A stretch of DNA of 64,000 bases from an uncultured delta proteobacterium (GTDB lineage Bacteria; Myxococcota_A; Polyangia; Polyangiales; Houyiibacteriaceae). The notes under the pieces were generated by a model, which saw nothing but the letters and a program-made list of their open reading frames with translations, did not search any database and was not told the origin of the DNA. Both the position numbers and the translations under genes were made by a program. The stretch's first letter is position 1, and the number at the start of each line of letters is the position of its first letter. Location of the stretch: contig CAWBXS010000001.1 in assembly GCA_963792825.1 (NCBI GenBank), positions 130,913 to 194,912 of the forward strand. The letters run 5' to 3'. Positions 1 through 9,269 of this stretch are shown in pieces.

Positions 1-788
1 TCGCTCTTTTCGGTCGCACGGACGTATCGCTGAAAGGTTGCAATGGCGAGATCGACATGACCGACCTTCTCGTAGCACGACGCGAGATCGAACAAGAGGT
101 CCGGTGGCCCGCCCTTGCCGAGCTCGAGAGCCTGATTGTAGATCGGAATCGCGTCCTTGTATCGTTCAGCGCCCCGGTACGCGATCGCCAAGTTGCGCGC
201 GACCTCGGGGTCGTACGGGTCGGCGGTGCTCGCCCGCTCGAGCGCTCGGATGGCTTCGTCGTAGCGTCGCGCATTGCGCAGCGCCACGCCGAGGTTGTTC
301 AGAAGCCTCGGGTCGTCGGGAAAGAGCTTCAGCGCCTTCTGGTAGGTCGCGATCGCCGCCTCGTCGTTCTTCGATTGACGGTAGGCGACGCCTAGATTGA
401 GCCAGTGGTTCGCGTGCTTCGGCTCGAGCTCCGTTGCCTTCTGGAGGTACTTCACGGCTTCTTTCGGTCGCCCGAGCCGCAACAGGGTGGCGCCTGCCAG
501 CCCCTGTGCTCTCCCGTCAGCCGGCTGGAGCTCGATCGCGTGCGAGAACGCCTGAAAGGCCTCTTCATATCGGCCGAGCCTTCGGAGGATCGAGCCGCGC
601 GTGAAATGCCCCTGCGCATAGGTCGGTCTTTCGGCGACCGCCCGATCGATTTCGGCGAGAGCCTCCTCGTAGCGGCCCTCTTCGCGAAGCGTCTTGGCGA
701 GCTGATAGTGGGCGTCCGCAGCGTCAGCCCATACGGCCGGCGCCGTGAGCCACAGCGTGCACACAAGAACGATCCCGACCCCTCGCAC
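1..788 (-). CDS. TPR-repeat protein with N-terminal signal peptide (partial; 3' end beyond window start)
   Basis: This gene is missing from the ORF track because its stop lies outside the window. My reverse-strand translation from GTG 788 (in-frame TAA four codons upstream) reads VRGVGIVLVCTLWLTAPAVWADA. Tetratricopeptide-like ~34-aa units follow (e.g. HWLNLGVAYRQSKNDEAAIATYQKALKLFPDDP, ARNLAIAYRGAERYKDAIPIYNQALELG), with no stop down to position 1. Confidence 0.8.
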   Translation of the reverse strand, partial: MRGVGIVLVCTLWLTAPAVWADAADAHYQLAKTLREEGRYEEALAEIDRAVAERPTYAQGHFTRGSILRRLGRYEEAFQAFSHAIELQPADGRAQGLAGATLLRLGRPKEAVKYLQKATELEPKHANHWLNLGVAYRQSKNDEAAIATYQKALKLFPDDPRLLNNLGVALRNARRYDEAIRALERASTADPYDPEVARNLAIAYRGAERYKDAIPIYNQALELGKGGPPDLLFDLASCYEKVGHVDLAIATFQRYVRATEKS

Positions 789-805
789 TTCGTCAGATTA
801 GCCGT

Positions 806-1498
806 TCAAATGCCCTTGTACAACAATCCGATTGCCGTTCGGAACACCGGCGGCATCAAGCGGTCGAAAAGCACCCAGGCGAGGATCAAGCCCATGAGCG
901 CGCCACCGCCCGAAAAGAGCCCAAACCATTTGTCGCGCAGGCGGTCGTTCAGCACGAGCGGGACGATCGCATATCCGTCCAGCGGTGGCAGCGGAATCAA
1001 ATTGAAACATCCCAAGATGAGATTGATCGAAAAGAGAACGCTCAGGAAGAGCGCGAGTCCCTGCGCGACGCCGGAGGGCGCAACCGCAAGTGTTTCGAGA
1101 CTGAGGCCCTCGGTCGGAAGGGTGAAGTAGCCGCTCGCGATACCGACGCGGATGGCAACCGCAGCAAGCAATGCGAGCGCGAAGTTTGCCGCCGGACCGG
1201 CCGACGCCATGACCGCCGCACGCCTTGGGTGCCGGCTGGCCCAAGTCGGGTCGTACGGTGCGCTGGCCCAGCCGATCATCCAACCGCCGCCCTGCAGGAA
1301 GAAGGACAGGATGGGCACGACGATCGCGCCAAATGGCTCCCTCTTGATGTGCGGTAATGGGTCGAGCGTCACTTGAGCTGCCGCGGTCGAGTCGCCGCCC
1401 AGCTTGCCGACGAGGGCGTGCGCCGCCTCGTGACACGTGAGCGACATCAAGAACGCGGCGAGCCAGAGGGGAAGCTTGGCGAGGAGGTGAGCGTCCAT
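806..1498 (-). CDS. Site-2 protease family (peptidase M50) membrane metalloprotease
   Basis: The 230-aa ORF is polytopic and hydrophobic. It has HEAAHALV (HExxH) in the first TM segment and a later NLIPLPPLDG motif, both typical of M50/S2P proteins. Confidence 0.8.
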   Translation of the reverse strand: MDAHLLAKLPLWLAAFLMSLTCHEAAHALVGKLGGDSTAAAQVTLDPLPHIKREPFGAIVVPILSFFLQGGGWMIGWASAPYDPTWASRHPRRAAVMASAGPAANFALALLAAVAIRVGIASGYFTLPTEGLSLETLAVAPSGVAQGLALFLSVLFSINLILGCFNLIPLPPLDGYAIVPLVLNDRLRDKWFGLFSGGGALMGLILAWVLFDRLMPPVFRTAIGLLYKGI

Positions 1499-1546
1499 CG
1501 AGCGGCCAAGACTACACTGAAAACGCGCACCTGCTACATTCGACGA

Positions 1547-2248
1547 ATGAAGGCGATCATCGCGCTCTTCGACATCGACGGAACGCTCTTGAGGGCCGGC
1601 GGCGCTGGGCGCCGCGCAGTCGAGCTCGCCCTAGGTGAAGTGCTCGAGGATCGGGTCGAGGAGGTGAGCCTTCATGCGGTCGAGTTCGCGGGACGCACCG
1701 ATCCGTGGATCGTGCGCACGGCGCTCACGCACTATGACGTGATCGCCGACGACACGCTGATCCACGAAGTGCTGCGGCGCTACGTCGTCCACCTACCGCG
1801 CGAGCTCGAACGGGCGAGCGAGTTCGAAGTGCTGCCCGGAGTCCTGTCATTGCTTCGCGAGTTGAGCGCGCGCGACGACGTGGCGCTCGGCCTCGGCACC
1901 GGGAACACCGAGCCTGCAGCCCATGCCAAGCTGATGCGGGGTGGGCTCGACGGATTTTTCGCCTTCGGCGGGTTCGGATCCGACCACGCCGACCGCGTGG
2001 AGCTCCTCCGCGCTGGGCTCGGGCGAGGCCTGGAGCGAGCCCGATGTCGGCGAGAAGAAGCACGGGTCGTCGTGATCGGAGACACGCCGCACGACGTCGC
2101 CGCAGCGCGCGCCATCGGGGCCCACTGCGTGGGCGTGAGCACCGGTGGCTTCGACGGAGGGGCGCTCGAAGCTGCCGGCGCGGACGTCGTGGTGTCGAGC
2201 CTCCGTGCCGAGGAAGTCCGCTCGGCCTTCGCACGCACCAAACCGTGA
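1547..2248 (+). CDS. HAD-superfamily hydrolase (phosphoglycolate-phosphatase-like)
   Basis: ORF 1373..2248 trimmed to ATG 1547. It reads MKAIIALFDIDGTLL (DxDGT motif I), GLGTGN and VVIGDTPHDV (motif IV). The upstream extension would overlap the divergent M50 gene. Confidence 0.8.
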   Translation: MKAIIALFDIDGTLLRAGGAGRRAVELALGEVLEDRVEEVSLHAVEFAGRTDPWIVRTALTHYDVIADDTLIHEVLRRYVVHLPRELERASEFEVLPGVLSLLRELSARDDVALGLGTGNTEPAAHAKLMRGGLDGFFAFGGFGSDHADRVELLRAGLGRGLERARCRREEARVVVIGDTPHDVAAARAIGAHCVGVSTGGFDGGALEAAGADVVVSSLRAEEVRSAFARTKP

Positions 2249-2303
2249 CCCTCCCGCACAGGCGAGCCGTGTGGGGTGAGTCGGCGCGTGCCATACTCCG
2301 ACC

Positions 2304-3188
2304 GTGAGCACGGTGCCGAGGCATTGGTACGGCAGATGGTGGGCGATCGTGATCCTGATCTCGTTGGTCGTCGGGGTCACCGGGGTGCTCACCGTCAAGG
2401 GTCTCGGGCTCCGATCCGTGAGCGTGAACGCGGTGCCCTTGGAGCAAGCGCCGGAAGGCTTCGACTACGGCTGGTGGAACGATGCGCTTGGTCGATGGGT
2501 GCGCGGAGCAAGCGTCGACTACGATGCAGTCCTTCTCGAAGAGAGCGGTTTGCGCCGGTTCGTCGCGACCTTGGGGCAGTTAGGCCCGCACTCGACGCCC
2601 GAGCGATTCAGCACCGAGCCCGAACGTCTGGCCTATTACATCAACGCCTACAACGCGCTCACCTTGTTTGGGGTCGTGGATAACTGGCCGATCGACAGCG
2701 TACAGGACGTTCACGGTTGGCTCGACCCGAGGGCCGGGTTCGGCTTCTTCTACGGTCTTCGTTTTCCGCTCGATGGCCGGGCAACCAATCTCTATGACCT
2801 AGAGAACGAGGTGATCCGCGGCTTCGTCGATGCGCGCATTCATGCCGCGATCAATTGCGCTTCGAGGTCCTGTCCCGCGCTCAGGCCGTTTGCCTTCGAA
2901 CCGGTCCGCCTCGACGACCAGCTCGACCTGGTCACACGGGACTTTTGCTCCAACCCGCTCCATGTCCGCGTCGACAAGGAGGCCCAGGAGATCCAGTTGT
3001 CGGCGATCTTCGAGTGGTATCAGCCGGATTTCGAGGAACACGCCCGACGCCTGGGCAGGCCAGCGACGATCATCGACTTCATCCTCGGCTTCGCGACACC
3101 TGAGCTCGCCATCGCGGTCGCAGAGGCTCGAAACGCCGATTTCAAAGTCGTTTTTCAGCCCTATGACTGGTCCTTGAATCGGCTTTGA
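2304..3188 (+). CDS. DUF547 domain protein with N-terminal TM anchor
   Basis: GTG start, followed by the TM segment WWAIVILISLVVGVTGVLTV. Motifs YYINAYNALTLFGV and HAAINCASRSCPAL are characteristic of DUF547. Confidence 0.7.
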   Translation: MSTVPRHWYGRWWAIVILISLVVGVTGVLTVKGLGLRSVSVNAVPLEQAPEGFDYGWWNDALGRWVRGASVDYDAVLLEESGLRRFVATLGQLGPHSTPERFSTEPERLAYYINAYNALTLFGVVDNWPIDSVQDVHGWLDPRAGFGFFYGLRFPLDGRATNLYDLENEVIRGFVDARIHAAINCASRSCPALRPFAFEPVRLDDQLDLVTRDFCSNPLHVRVDKEAQEIQLSAIFEWYQPDFEEHARRLGRPATIIDFILGFATPELAIAVAEARNADFKVVFQPYDWSLNRL

Positions 3189-3257
3189 GGACCTCCGCCC
3201 GCACAAAAGAGCTGCGAGACTCGACGAAGCGTGGCATAGCTGACTAAGATTTTAGGG

Positions 3258-3728
3258 ATGATTCGGGGGAGTCAGCGTGGGATGAAAGGTCTCGCTTCAT
3301 TCGCTCTTGGGGTATGTTCCGCGCTGGCTCTCGCCGGCTGCCCAGGGAGCTTGTCCAACCCAGAGGACTTCATCGACGGCGGGCTCCAGCAGAGGGACGC
3401 AGCGACCGTCCTGGCGGAGACCTGTGGCACCTCAGGTTGCCACGACGCCTCACCTCAGGCGCAGGCGGGTCTCGATCTCGTTTCGGCAAACGTCGAGAAC
3501 CGCGTGGTCGACGTGAACGCCGTCGGCATCGGATGCGAGAGCGGCATTCTGGTCGTCGCCGGAGATCCCGACGCGAGCTACTTGCTCGACAAGGTGCTCG
3601 ACATGCCCGGGATTTGCGGCCTCCCGATGCCTTTCGTGGGCGTCATCGAAGGAAGCGACGTGCAGGTCCTCCGGCAATGGATCATCGATTTGGGAGGTTC
3701 CCCTGGAGGAACCCAGGACGGGGGGTAG
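3258..3728 (+). CDS. Lipoprotein with planctomycete-cytochrome-c-like (PSCyt-type) domain, variant CxxxxCH
   Basis: Lipobox ALALAGC. The order CGTSGCHD ... GLDL ... GDPDASYLLDKV ... LPMP ... LRQWIIDLGG resembles the PSCyt domain layout, but with C-x4-CH instead of CxxCH. Confidence 0.45.
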   Translation: MIRGSQRGMKGLASFALGVCSALALAGCPGSLSNPEDFIDGGLQQRDAATVLAETCGTSGCHDASPQAQAGLDLVSANVENRVVDVNAVGIGCESGILVVAGDPDASYLLDKVLDMPGICGLPMPFVGVIEGSDVQVLRQWIIDLGGSPGGTQDGG

Positions 3729-3731
3729 TCG

Positions 3732-5456
3732 ATGCGATCGCTCTACGCGGGCGCGCTCACCGTGCTGCTGAGCTCTTTCATCCTGGTGGGCGGCGCCTCG
3801 GCCGAGGACGGCGCTGGAGCTTTGCTCCCGTTTCACGGCCCTCAGGCGGCCAAGCTTCGGCAAAGCGTCCAACGGGGCCTGCGCGCTGCCGATGTCGAGC
3901 TCATCCCGCTCGGGGAGGTCAGCGCGGTCGTCAAGAAGACGAAGGGCTACGCAAAGCAGGCTGCCAAGCTCGAAGCCAGTGTGCTGATCCGAGTGCGCAC
4001 TCAGCGCGTCGAAGGGCGTTATATCGCGGACACCGAGGTGCGCGACGCGAAAGGCAAGCGAGTCCGAAAGCTTCGCACCAGCTCTTCGAGTCTCTCCCGC
4101 CTCTCGAACCGGATCGTCGACCAGCTGATCAAAACGGGGCGCATGCCGGGGGCGGCAGAGGATGCAGCAGCGACGCCAGAGGCAGCGTCAGAGCCGCCGC
4201 CTCCGACCCAGCCGCGACTCGTCGTCCGGCCGTTCACCGGGCCTCAATCGGGCAAGATTCGGGGCGCCACGGTTCGAGGGCTCCGCTCGGCACCGGTAGA
4301 GCTCTTTCCCAACGCGCAGTTCACGGAAAAGGCCGAGAGCCTGGGTGTCGACCTGACGGCGCCGGGCGGGCACGTGGCGCCTGCGGCGGCCCTCGCGGTG
4401 AGCGGGCTCATCGACGGCGACGTGCTGCACGAAGATGGGGTGTGGTCCGCCTACGTTCGGCTCGTCGATGGCGAGAGCATGAAGGTGATCAATCAGCATT
4501 TCTACGAAGCCAGGACGGCCTCGGCGCTGGCGAAGTCCGTTCAATCCAGCGTCAGCTCGGACTTCCGGCAAGACCTCTCGAAGCTCGGCGTCGGAGCGGC
4601 CGTGGCCGTGGCGCCCGTGACGGAAGTGACTGCCGTGCCCTCGACGAAGGCTTCGGACGAGAGCGAGCCTGAGGCGAAGCCGAAGGCAGCCCGCCCCAAG
4701 GAGAAGAGGCCCGCCGCGGTCGACATCGAGGTCACGTTTCGGCTGGTGCACCGCACCTTCGCCTATAGCGAGGTCCTCCTCAACGATCCGCGTGGAGATC
4801 TGCGTGACTACAAGCTCAAGATTGGCCCAGGCGTGGGGATCCGATTTCAGTATTTTCCGGGCGCGCACTTCACCTCAGGCGTCGGCGCGCAGTTCGGCAT
4901 CGACTTCGAATGGGAGCGAGTGTTCAAGTTCGACTCGACTCGTCCCGATGGTCAGAAGTTCCCAACGGAGTCGCAGCAGTTCTTGGTCGGGGCGCGCTGG
5001 CGCTACCCCAAGGAGCGGTGGGAGCCTTTCGTCGTTGCGGATTACGGCGTTCACGACTTCCGCTTTGGGCTGTCGGGCCCGCCGCAGCCCGGCGTGGACG
5101 TGACGGCCGGGATTCCGAACGTGAAGTACGAGTTCATCCGAATCGGGGGAGGCTTCCGGGTCGGCATCGGTAAGAAGGAGCGCTTCATCGTCGCCCTCAA
5201 TGCAGCCTTTCGCGGGGTCTTGTCCCTCGGAGGCATCGGAACTGACCTCTGGTTTCCGGAGGCCAAGGCCAACGGCATGGATGCGATGCTGATGCTCGGG
5301 TACGCGCTTCCGAAGGGCTTCGAGATCCGAATCGGCGGCGACTACCGTCGCTACTGGTTCGATTTGAACCCCGTGCCGGGTACCGCGCCCTACGTCGCAG
5401 GGGGCGCGCTCGACCAGTACTGGGACGGCTCGATCGGCCTCGCCTGGCGCCGGTAG
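3732..5456 (+). CDS. Secreted protein with duplicated N-terminal module and probable C-terminal beta-barrel
   Basis: Signal peptide MRSLYAGALTVLLSSFILVGGASA. Two similar modules follow (LLPFHGPQAAKLRQSVQRGLRAADVELIPLG and VVRPFTGPQSGKIRGATVRGLRSAPVELFPNA). The C-terminal ~230 aa has alternating aromatic/Gly-rich strands (GVGIRFQYFPG, FLVGARWRY, FRVGIG, IRIGGDYRRYWF). Coding-like GC3 bias. Confidence 0.7.
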   Translation: MRSLYAGALTVLLSSFILVGGASAEDGAGALLPFHGPQAAKLRQSVQRGLRAADVELIPLGEVSAVVKKTKGYAKQAAKLEASVLIRVRTQRVEGRYIADTEVRDAKGKRVRKLRTSSSSLSRLSNRIVDQLIKTGRMPGAAEDAAATPEAASEPPPPTQPRLVVRPFTGPQSGKIRGATVRGLRSAPVELFPNAQFTEKAESLGVDLTAPGGHVAPAAALAVSGLIDGDVLHEDGVWSAYVRLVDGESMKVINQHFYEARTASALAKSVQSSVSSDFRQDLSKLGVGAAVAVAPVTEVTAVPSTKASDESEPEAKPKAARPKEKRPAAVDIEVTFRLVHRTFAYSEVLLNDPRGDLRDYKLKIGPGVGIRFQYFPGAHFTSGVGAQFGIDFEWERVFKFDSTRPDGQKFPTESQQFLVGARWRYPKERWEPFVVADYGVHDFRFGLSGPPQPGVDVTAGIPNVKYEFIRIGGGFRVGIGKKERFIVALNAAFRGVLSLGGIGTDLWFPEAKANGMDAMLMLGYALPKGFEIRIGGDYRRYWFDLNPVPGTAPYVAGGALDQYWDGSIGLAWRR

Positions 5457-5510
5457 CAGGGCGATCGGCGCGAAGTACCCTCAGCGGGCTTTCCCCGCTA
5501 AGCTGCTCTA

Positions 5511-6239
5511 ATGATGCGCGTGTGGACCACCTGTGCCGCCGCCATGCTGCTCTTCGGTTGCCAGAGCGGAGAGGAGCCGGTTCGAGGGGCGCACCGAGGC
5601 ATCGAGCCAACCTCCGTGTATACGCCCCGTCCGCAGCCCTCGAAGGCGCCTGCGGAGTTGCCAACGCCCGTCGAGCGCGGGCCGCAGCGCATCGTCATTG
5701 GCACGAAAGAGGAAGAGCCGAAGCGCGACCTCGGTGCCGAGCTTCGATCGGCGGTGGGCACGCCAATCGACTGCGTCAGGGATTTCGTCGCCCCCGCCCC
5801 GACGACGATTCGAGTCAGCGTCACCGGGACCGTACGCCCGACAGGAATGATCATCGACCCCTCCGCCCATGGGTCGGGTTTGTCTGAGGCCGCTCGCCAG
5901 TGCATCGAGCAGCGCGTCGGCCGGGTCGCGTTGAAGCCATTGGACGAATCAGTGTCGCAGAGGGCCGCTACCATCATCGAGATCAACTACGAGCCCGAGC
6001 GCATCGTCGAGGCCGATCCGCGGACGCCCGAGCCTCGGCTCACGGACGTCTTGCAACCGCTGCCCAAGCGACCGACGCTCCCACCGTCGGGAACGCGGAT
6101 CGACGATCCGTTTCGAGGATGGCTCGAAGGTGGCGACGTGAAGCACATCGAAGGCCCGAAGCCGAGAAAGGTCACCGGCCCGAAGCCCCGACCCATCGAG
6201 GGCTACGAAGTCGATGAGAACGCGCAGGTCTGGCGTTAG
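5511..6239 (+). CDS. Hypothetical lipoprotein
   Basis: Lipobox MLLFGCQSG. The mature part is Pro-rich and charged. I recognised no family. Confidence 0.65.
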   Translation: MMRVWTTCAAAMLLFGCQSGEEPVRGAHRGIEPTSVYTPRPQPSKAPAELPTPVERGPQRIVIGTKEEEPKRDLGAELRSAVGTPIDCVRDFVAPAPTTIRVSVTGTVRPTGMIIDPSAHGSGLSEAARQCIEQRVGRVALKPLDESVSQRAATIIEINYEPERIVEADPRTPEPRLTDVLQPLPKRPTLPPSGTRIDDPFRGWLEGGDVKHIEGPKPRKVTGPKPRPIEGYEVDENAQVWR

Positions 6240-6248
6240 CAGGGCCTC

Positions 6249-9200
6249 CTAACCGGGCCGCCGCCGTTCGGCGAACCACTTTCGATACTGCTGCATCAGG
6301 GATTGTTGGTCGGCCGGAGCCCGTCTCACGCAGGTGGCGCGCTCCTCCGAGCGCTCCGGCGCGCCCCAGCGAACCTCCACGCAGTCGTTCGGGTTATAGG
6401 CCATCTCCAGCGCCTTCATGCGTGTGATCAGGTCGGCGAGTGACAAAGACCAGGTGCTTCCGTCCGAACGCGTGTACTCGAAGGTACGCTTGTCGAGCTC
6501 CGCCTGAAGCACGCCCCGCACCTCCTCGCGGGCGGTCTCCCGATCTGCGGCGCGGATCCCAAACCGCTCCGGCTGCGCCGCGACCGCGTCGGGGAACGAG
6601 ACGACGGCGTCGATGCTGATCAGCAGGCGCATGTCGCGTGACGGCGTGGAATAGTCCTCCCAAGGGCCCGTCGTCAGAAACAGCGCTGAGCCGTGTGGCA
6701 TGTCGATGGATGGATGACCCTGGGCCTTCATGAAGTCTTCGCCGTTTTGGACCGAGCTCAGGCGCCGTTGCACCGATTCCTCGAGAGCGTCGACCAAGCT
6801 GGTTTGCATACGAACCGGGTCGAGCGGACGCGGATTGATCAGGCCCTCGATGGCTGCGTAGAAGTCGTCGGCGGTGCCGCGATATTGAGCATCGGACCAT
6901 GCGCGAGCTCCGCCCGTCTTGCGGAGCTCCTCGTTCATGGCGATCGTCCACGCCCCCGAATCGAATCGAACGGGACGCCACCCCTTGAAGCCAGCGCCGA
7001 CGAGGTCGGTCTTCGGTGTGAACAAGAACGAACCACGCCAGAATCGCCGCCTGCCTACCGTGCCGTCGGGCTGAGCGTCCGCCCCGAAGAGCACGCCGTA
7101 TTCGTCGACGCCCTGCGGTTTCCAACGTGCAACGACCAGTACGTGCCCGTACGGGTCCGCGAATACCGTTCCGGGACGAATCGCTCGGCGGCTCATGCGT
7201 AGCGGGTAAAGGTCCGTTTGGTCGTCACCAGGCAGTGTGCGCGGGCTTGAGGAATGCACCGCTCCCGCCATCGTGCGCACGAACCTGCGGAACGCATCGA
7301 CGTGGTCTGCATCCGGGACTGGGTCGAGCTCACTGAGCAGATCGGGTTCGCAGCGCGGTGCTGCGTCTTTGCGACCTCGGGTGCACATCCGATAGACGAA
7401 GGGCAATCGAAGCTTCCACGCGAAATACGCTCGTAGAAAGTAGGGAAGGTCGGCGCAGTCCGGTTCGAGATCGAGCCGCGCATCCTCCCCCGCGATGCGA
7501 TGGTCGTAGAGCAGGTTCCGCTCCGGATCCGAGATCAAGGCCTGCAGGCGCGGCCAAGTGACGTCCTCTCCGATCGGCTCCCGAAACAGCTGCTCGACGA
7601 AGGCGGAGTAGAGGTTCTCGGTGTCGCGGCCCCAGCTCGAGCTCGCGTTCCAGGCCGGGCCCGGTGCCGCGCGCGGCGATGGCCTCGACGGTCGAGCTGC
7701 GACGGCGATGTGCTTGCACGCGTGCATGAGCTCCCCGTCGGCGAACACGGCCGTCCACCTGCCGGCCTCGGGCGCGGGGACCTCTACCCATCGGCTCGCC
7801 GGAGGACCGTCGAGCACGTGCTGCTCGGGTGTTCGCAGCGATCCATCCGGTGCAAACAGCACGAGCGATCCGAGACCTGGGTCACGCTCGGCGGTTGCAA
7901 TCACGCGCAGCGGGCGTGAGGAGTCTGGTCGATGCGGCGATTGGAAGAGCGCCGTGCCTTTGGTGTCGCTGCACCGGCCTCTTGGAAAGGAGATCGGTGC
8001 GACCGGACGCAGCTCTGCATCGGCGACGAGGGCGGGCCCTGGCGTTCGACCGAGCACGGCGATGCGCGTGATTCGGCTCAAGAAGTCTCGTCGCGAGCTT
8101 CCTGCGCCCAACGACAGATCGCTCACCACCACCCGATCGACGCGATTGATCGTCTCGAGCTCGGAGCCCTCGCACGGCGTCACGAATTCCGAGAACGCGT
8201 GGATCGCCATCGGCTCGCCTTTCTCGGTCGTGCCGAGGTAGAGCATGATGTGGCCCGGGAAGTAGAGCAGGACCACCCCGCGATGCGCTGCCGCCTCGAT
8301 CAAGAGCCGCTTCTCGTTCGGATCTTGGAGCGTGGACACGTCGACGGCGAAGGTTCCGGCCATGGCCTGCCGCGCGCTGTGCCGCGGCAGATCGATCCCG
8401 AAGGGCTCGAAGAGGTCGAGCAAGAATCGCGAGCAGTCGTAGCCCCCGTCTTTGCCGCCCCAGCCGTACGGCCTACCGAGCATCGAGAACGCTTCGGTGA
8501 GCAACTCACGCCGGGTGAAGGGACGAGGCATGCCTTTTGCGAGATGCGCCTCGAGGGCTTTTCGGGTGAGGGGCGCGGAGAGCGCCTCGGTGGTGACCCA
8601 GCCAAGGGCGTAGGATGTGCGTCCGAGGTACATCCCGTTGGGCCATCGCGCCAAGAGTTGGACGACTTCGCCCTCACGGATCGTGCTGCACCGGTTGCGA
8701 TCGAAGTCCGCGTCGACCGGCGCTTCGAAGAGACCACCCTCGAAGGGGGCGCAGCGCAATGCGGCGAGCCTTTCGACCAGTCGCCATTCGTCGACCTCCT
8801 CGACCGTCGCAGGCGTTTCGAACGGAGCTGCCTCACTCGCAGCGATTGGGTCGCCGTTGCGGTCGACCAACTCGGCTGCCTGCAGCCGCTTGTTCAAGTA
8901 GGCCAAGCGTTCGTCCACCTGCACCTGGAGCGCGTTTCGGTCGACCGGCTCGAGCAGATCCGCTCGGCCAATCGGCTCGTCGTTCACGGGCTTTTGAAGC
9001 GCGAGGCGATGGCGCTGCACCTCGTCTCGGCTCATCAACGGCTCGTCGAGCGGGCCGTATGCCTCGTTGCGGGAGAGCCAGTATTCCAGCGTCTCCTGTT
9101 TTGGGGAGACGTTGGCAAGGGGAGTCTCGACCCGGCGCGTTTCCGGGCACGAGGCGGAACGCTCCGGGCCTCGAGGCGCTGCCCGGTCGTGTTTGCAGGC

Positions 9201-9269
9201 GCTCACGGAGCCGAGGCAGACCGCGGCTGCCAAGGCGCCGAGGACCGTTATGTGGTTGCCAGCATCCAT
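6249..9269 (-). CDS. Large lipoprotein with NlpC/P60 cysteine peptidase domain and ~600-aa uncharacterised C-terminal region
   Basis: ORF 6249..9551 trimmed to ATG 9269, giving MDAGNHITVLGALAAAVCLGSVSAC (lipobox). The NlpC/P60 signature is GRPYGWGGKDGGYDCSRFLLDLFEPFGIDLPRHSARQ ... GHIMLYLG. The upstream extension is Arg-rich junk that overlaps the next gene. Confidence 0.8.
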   Translation of the reverse strand: MDAGNHITVLGALAAAVCLGSVSACKHDRAAPRGPERSASCPETRRVETPLANVSPKQETLEYWLSRNEAYGPLDEPLMSRDEVQRHRLALQKPVNDEPIGRADLLEPVDRNALQVQVDERLAYLNKRLQAAELVDRNGDPIAASEAAPFETPATVEEVDEWRLVERLAALRCAPFEGGLFEAPVDADFDRNRCSTIREGEVVQLLARWPNGMYLGRTSYALGWVTTEALSAPLTRKALEAHLAKGMPRPFTRRELLTEAFSMLGRPYGWGGKDGGYDCSRFLLDLFEPFGIDLPRHSARQAMAGTFAVDVSTLQDPNEKRLLIEAAAHRGVVLLYFPGHIMLYLGTTEKGEPMAIHAFSEFVTPCEGSELETINRVDRVVVSDLSLGAGSSRRDFLSRITRIAVLGRTPGPALVADAELRPVAPISFPRGRCSDTKGTALFQSPHRPDSSRPLRVIATAERDPGLGSLVLFAPDGSLRTPEQHVLDGPPASRWVEVPAPEAGRWTAVFADGELMHACKHIAVAARPSRPSPRAAPGPAWNASSSWGRDTENLYSAFVEQLFREPIGEDVTWPRLQALISDPERNLLYDHRIAGEDARLDLEPDCADLPYFLRAYFAWKLRLPFVYRMCTRGRKDAAPRCEPDLLSELDPVPDADHVDAFRRFVRTMAGAVHSSSPRTLPGDDQTDLYPLRMSRRAIRPGTVFADPYGHVLVVARWKPQGVDEYGVLFGADAQPDGTVGRRRFWRGSFLFTPKTDLVGAGFKGWRPVRFDSGAWTIAMNEELRKTGGARAWSDAQYRGTADDFYAAIEGLINPRPLDPVRMQTSLVDALEESVQRRLSSVQNGEDFMKAQGHPSIDMPHGSALFLTTGPWEDYSTPSRDMRLLISIDAVVSFPDAVAAQPERFGIRAADRETAREEVRGVLQAELDKRTFEYTRSDGSTWSLSLADLITRMKALEMAYNPNDCVEVRWGAPERSEERATCVRRAPADQQSLMQQYRKWFAERRRPG

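Noticed and set aside
3424-3440. TGGCACctcagGTTGC, a sigma-54-like string.
   Set aside because: It lies inside the 3258..3728 coding sequence, where it encodes the CGTSGCH region. The GG-GC spacing is one nucleotide too long.
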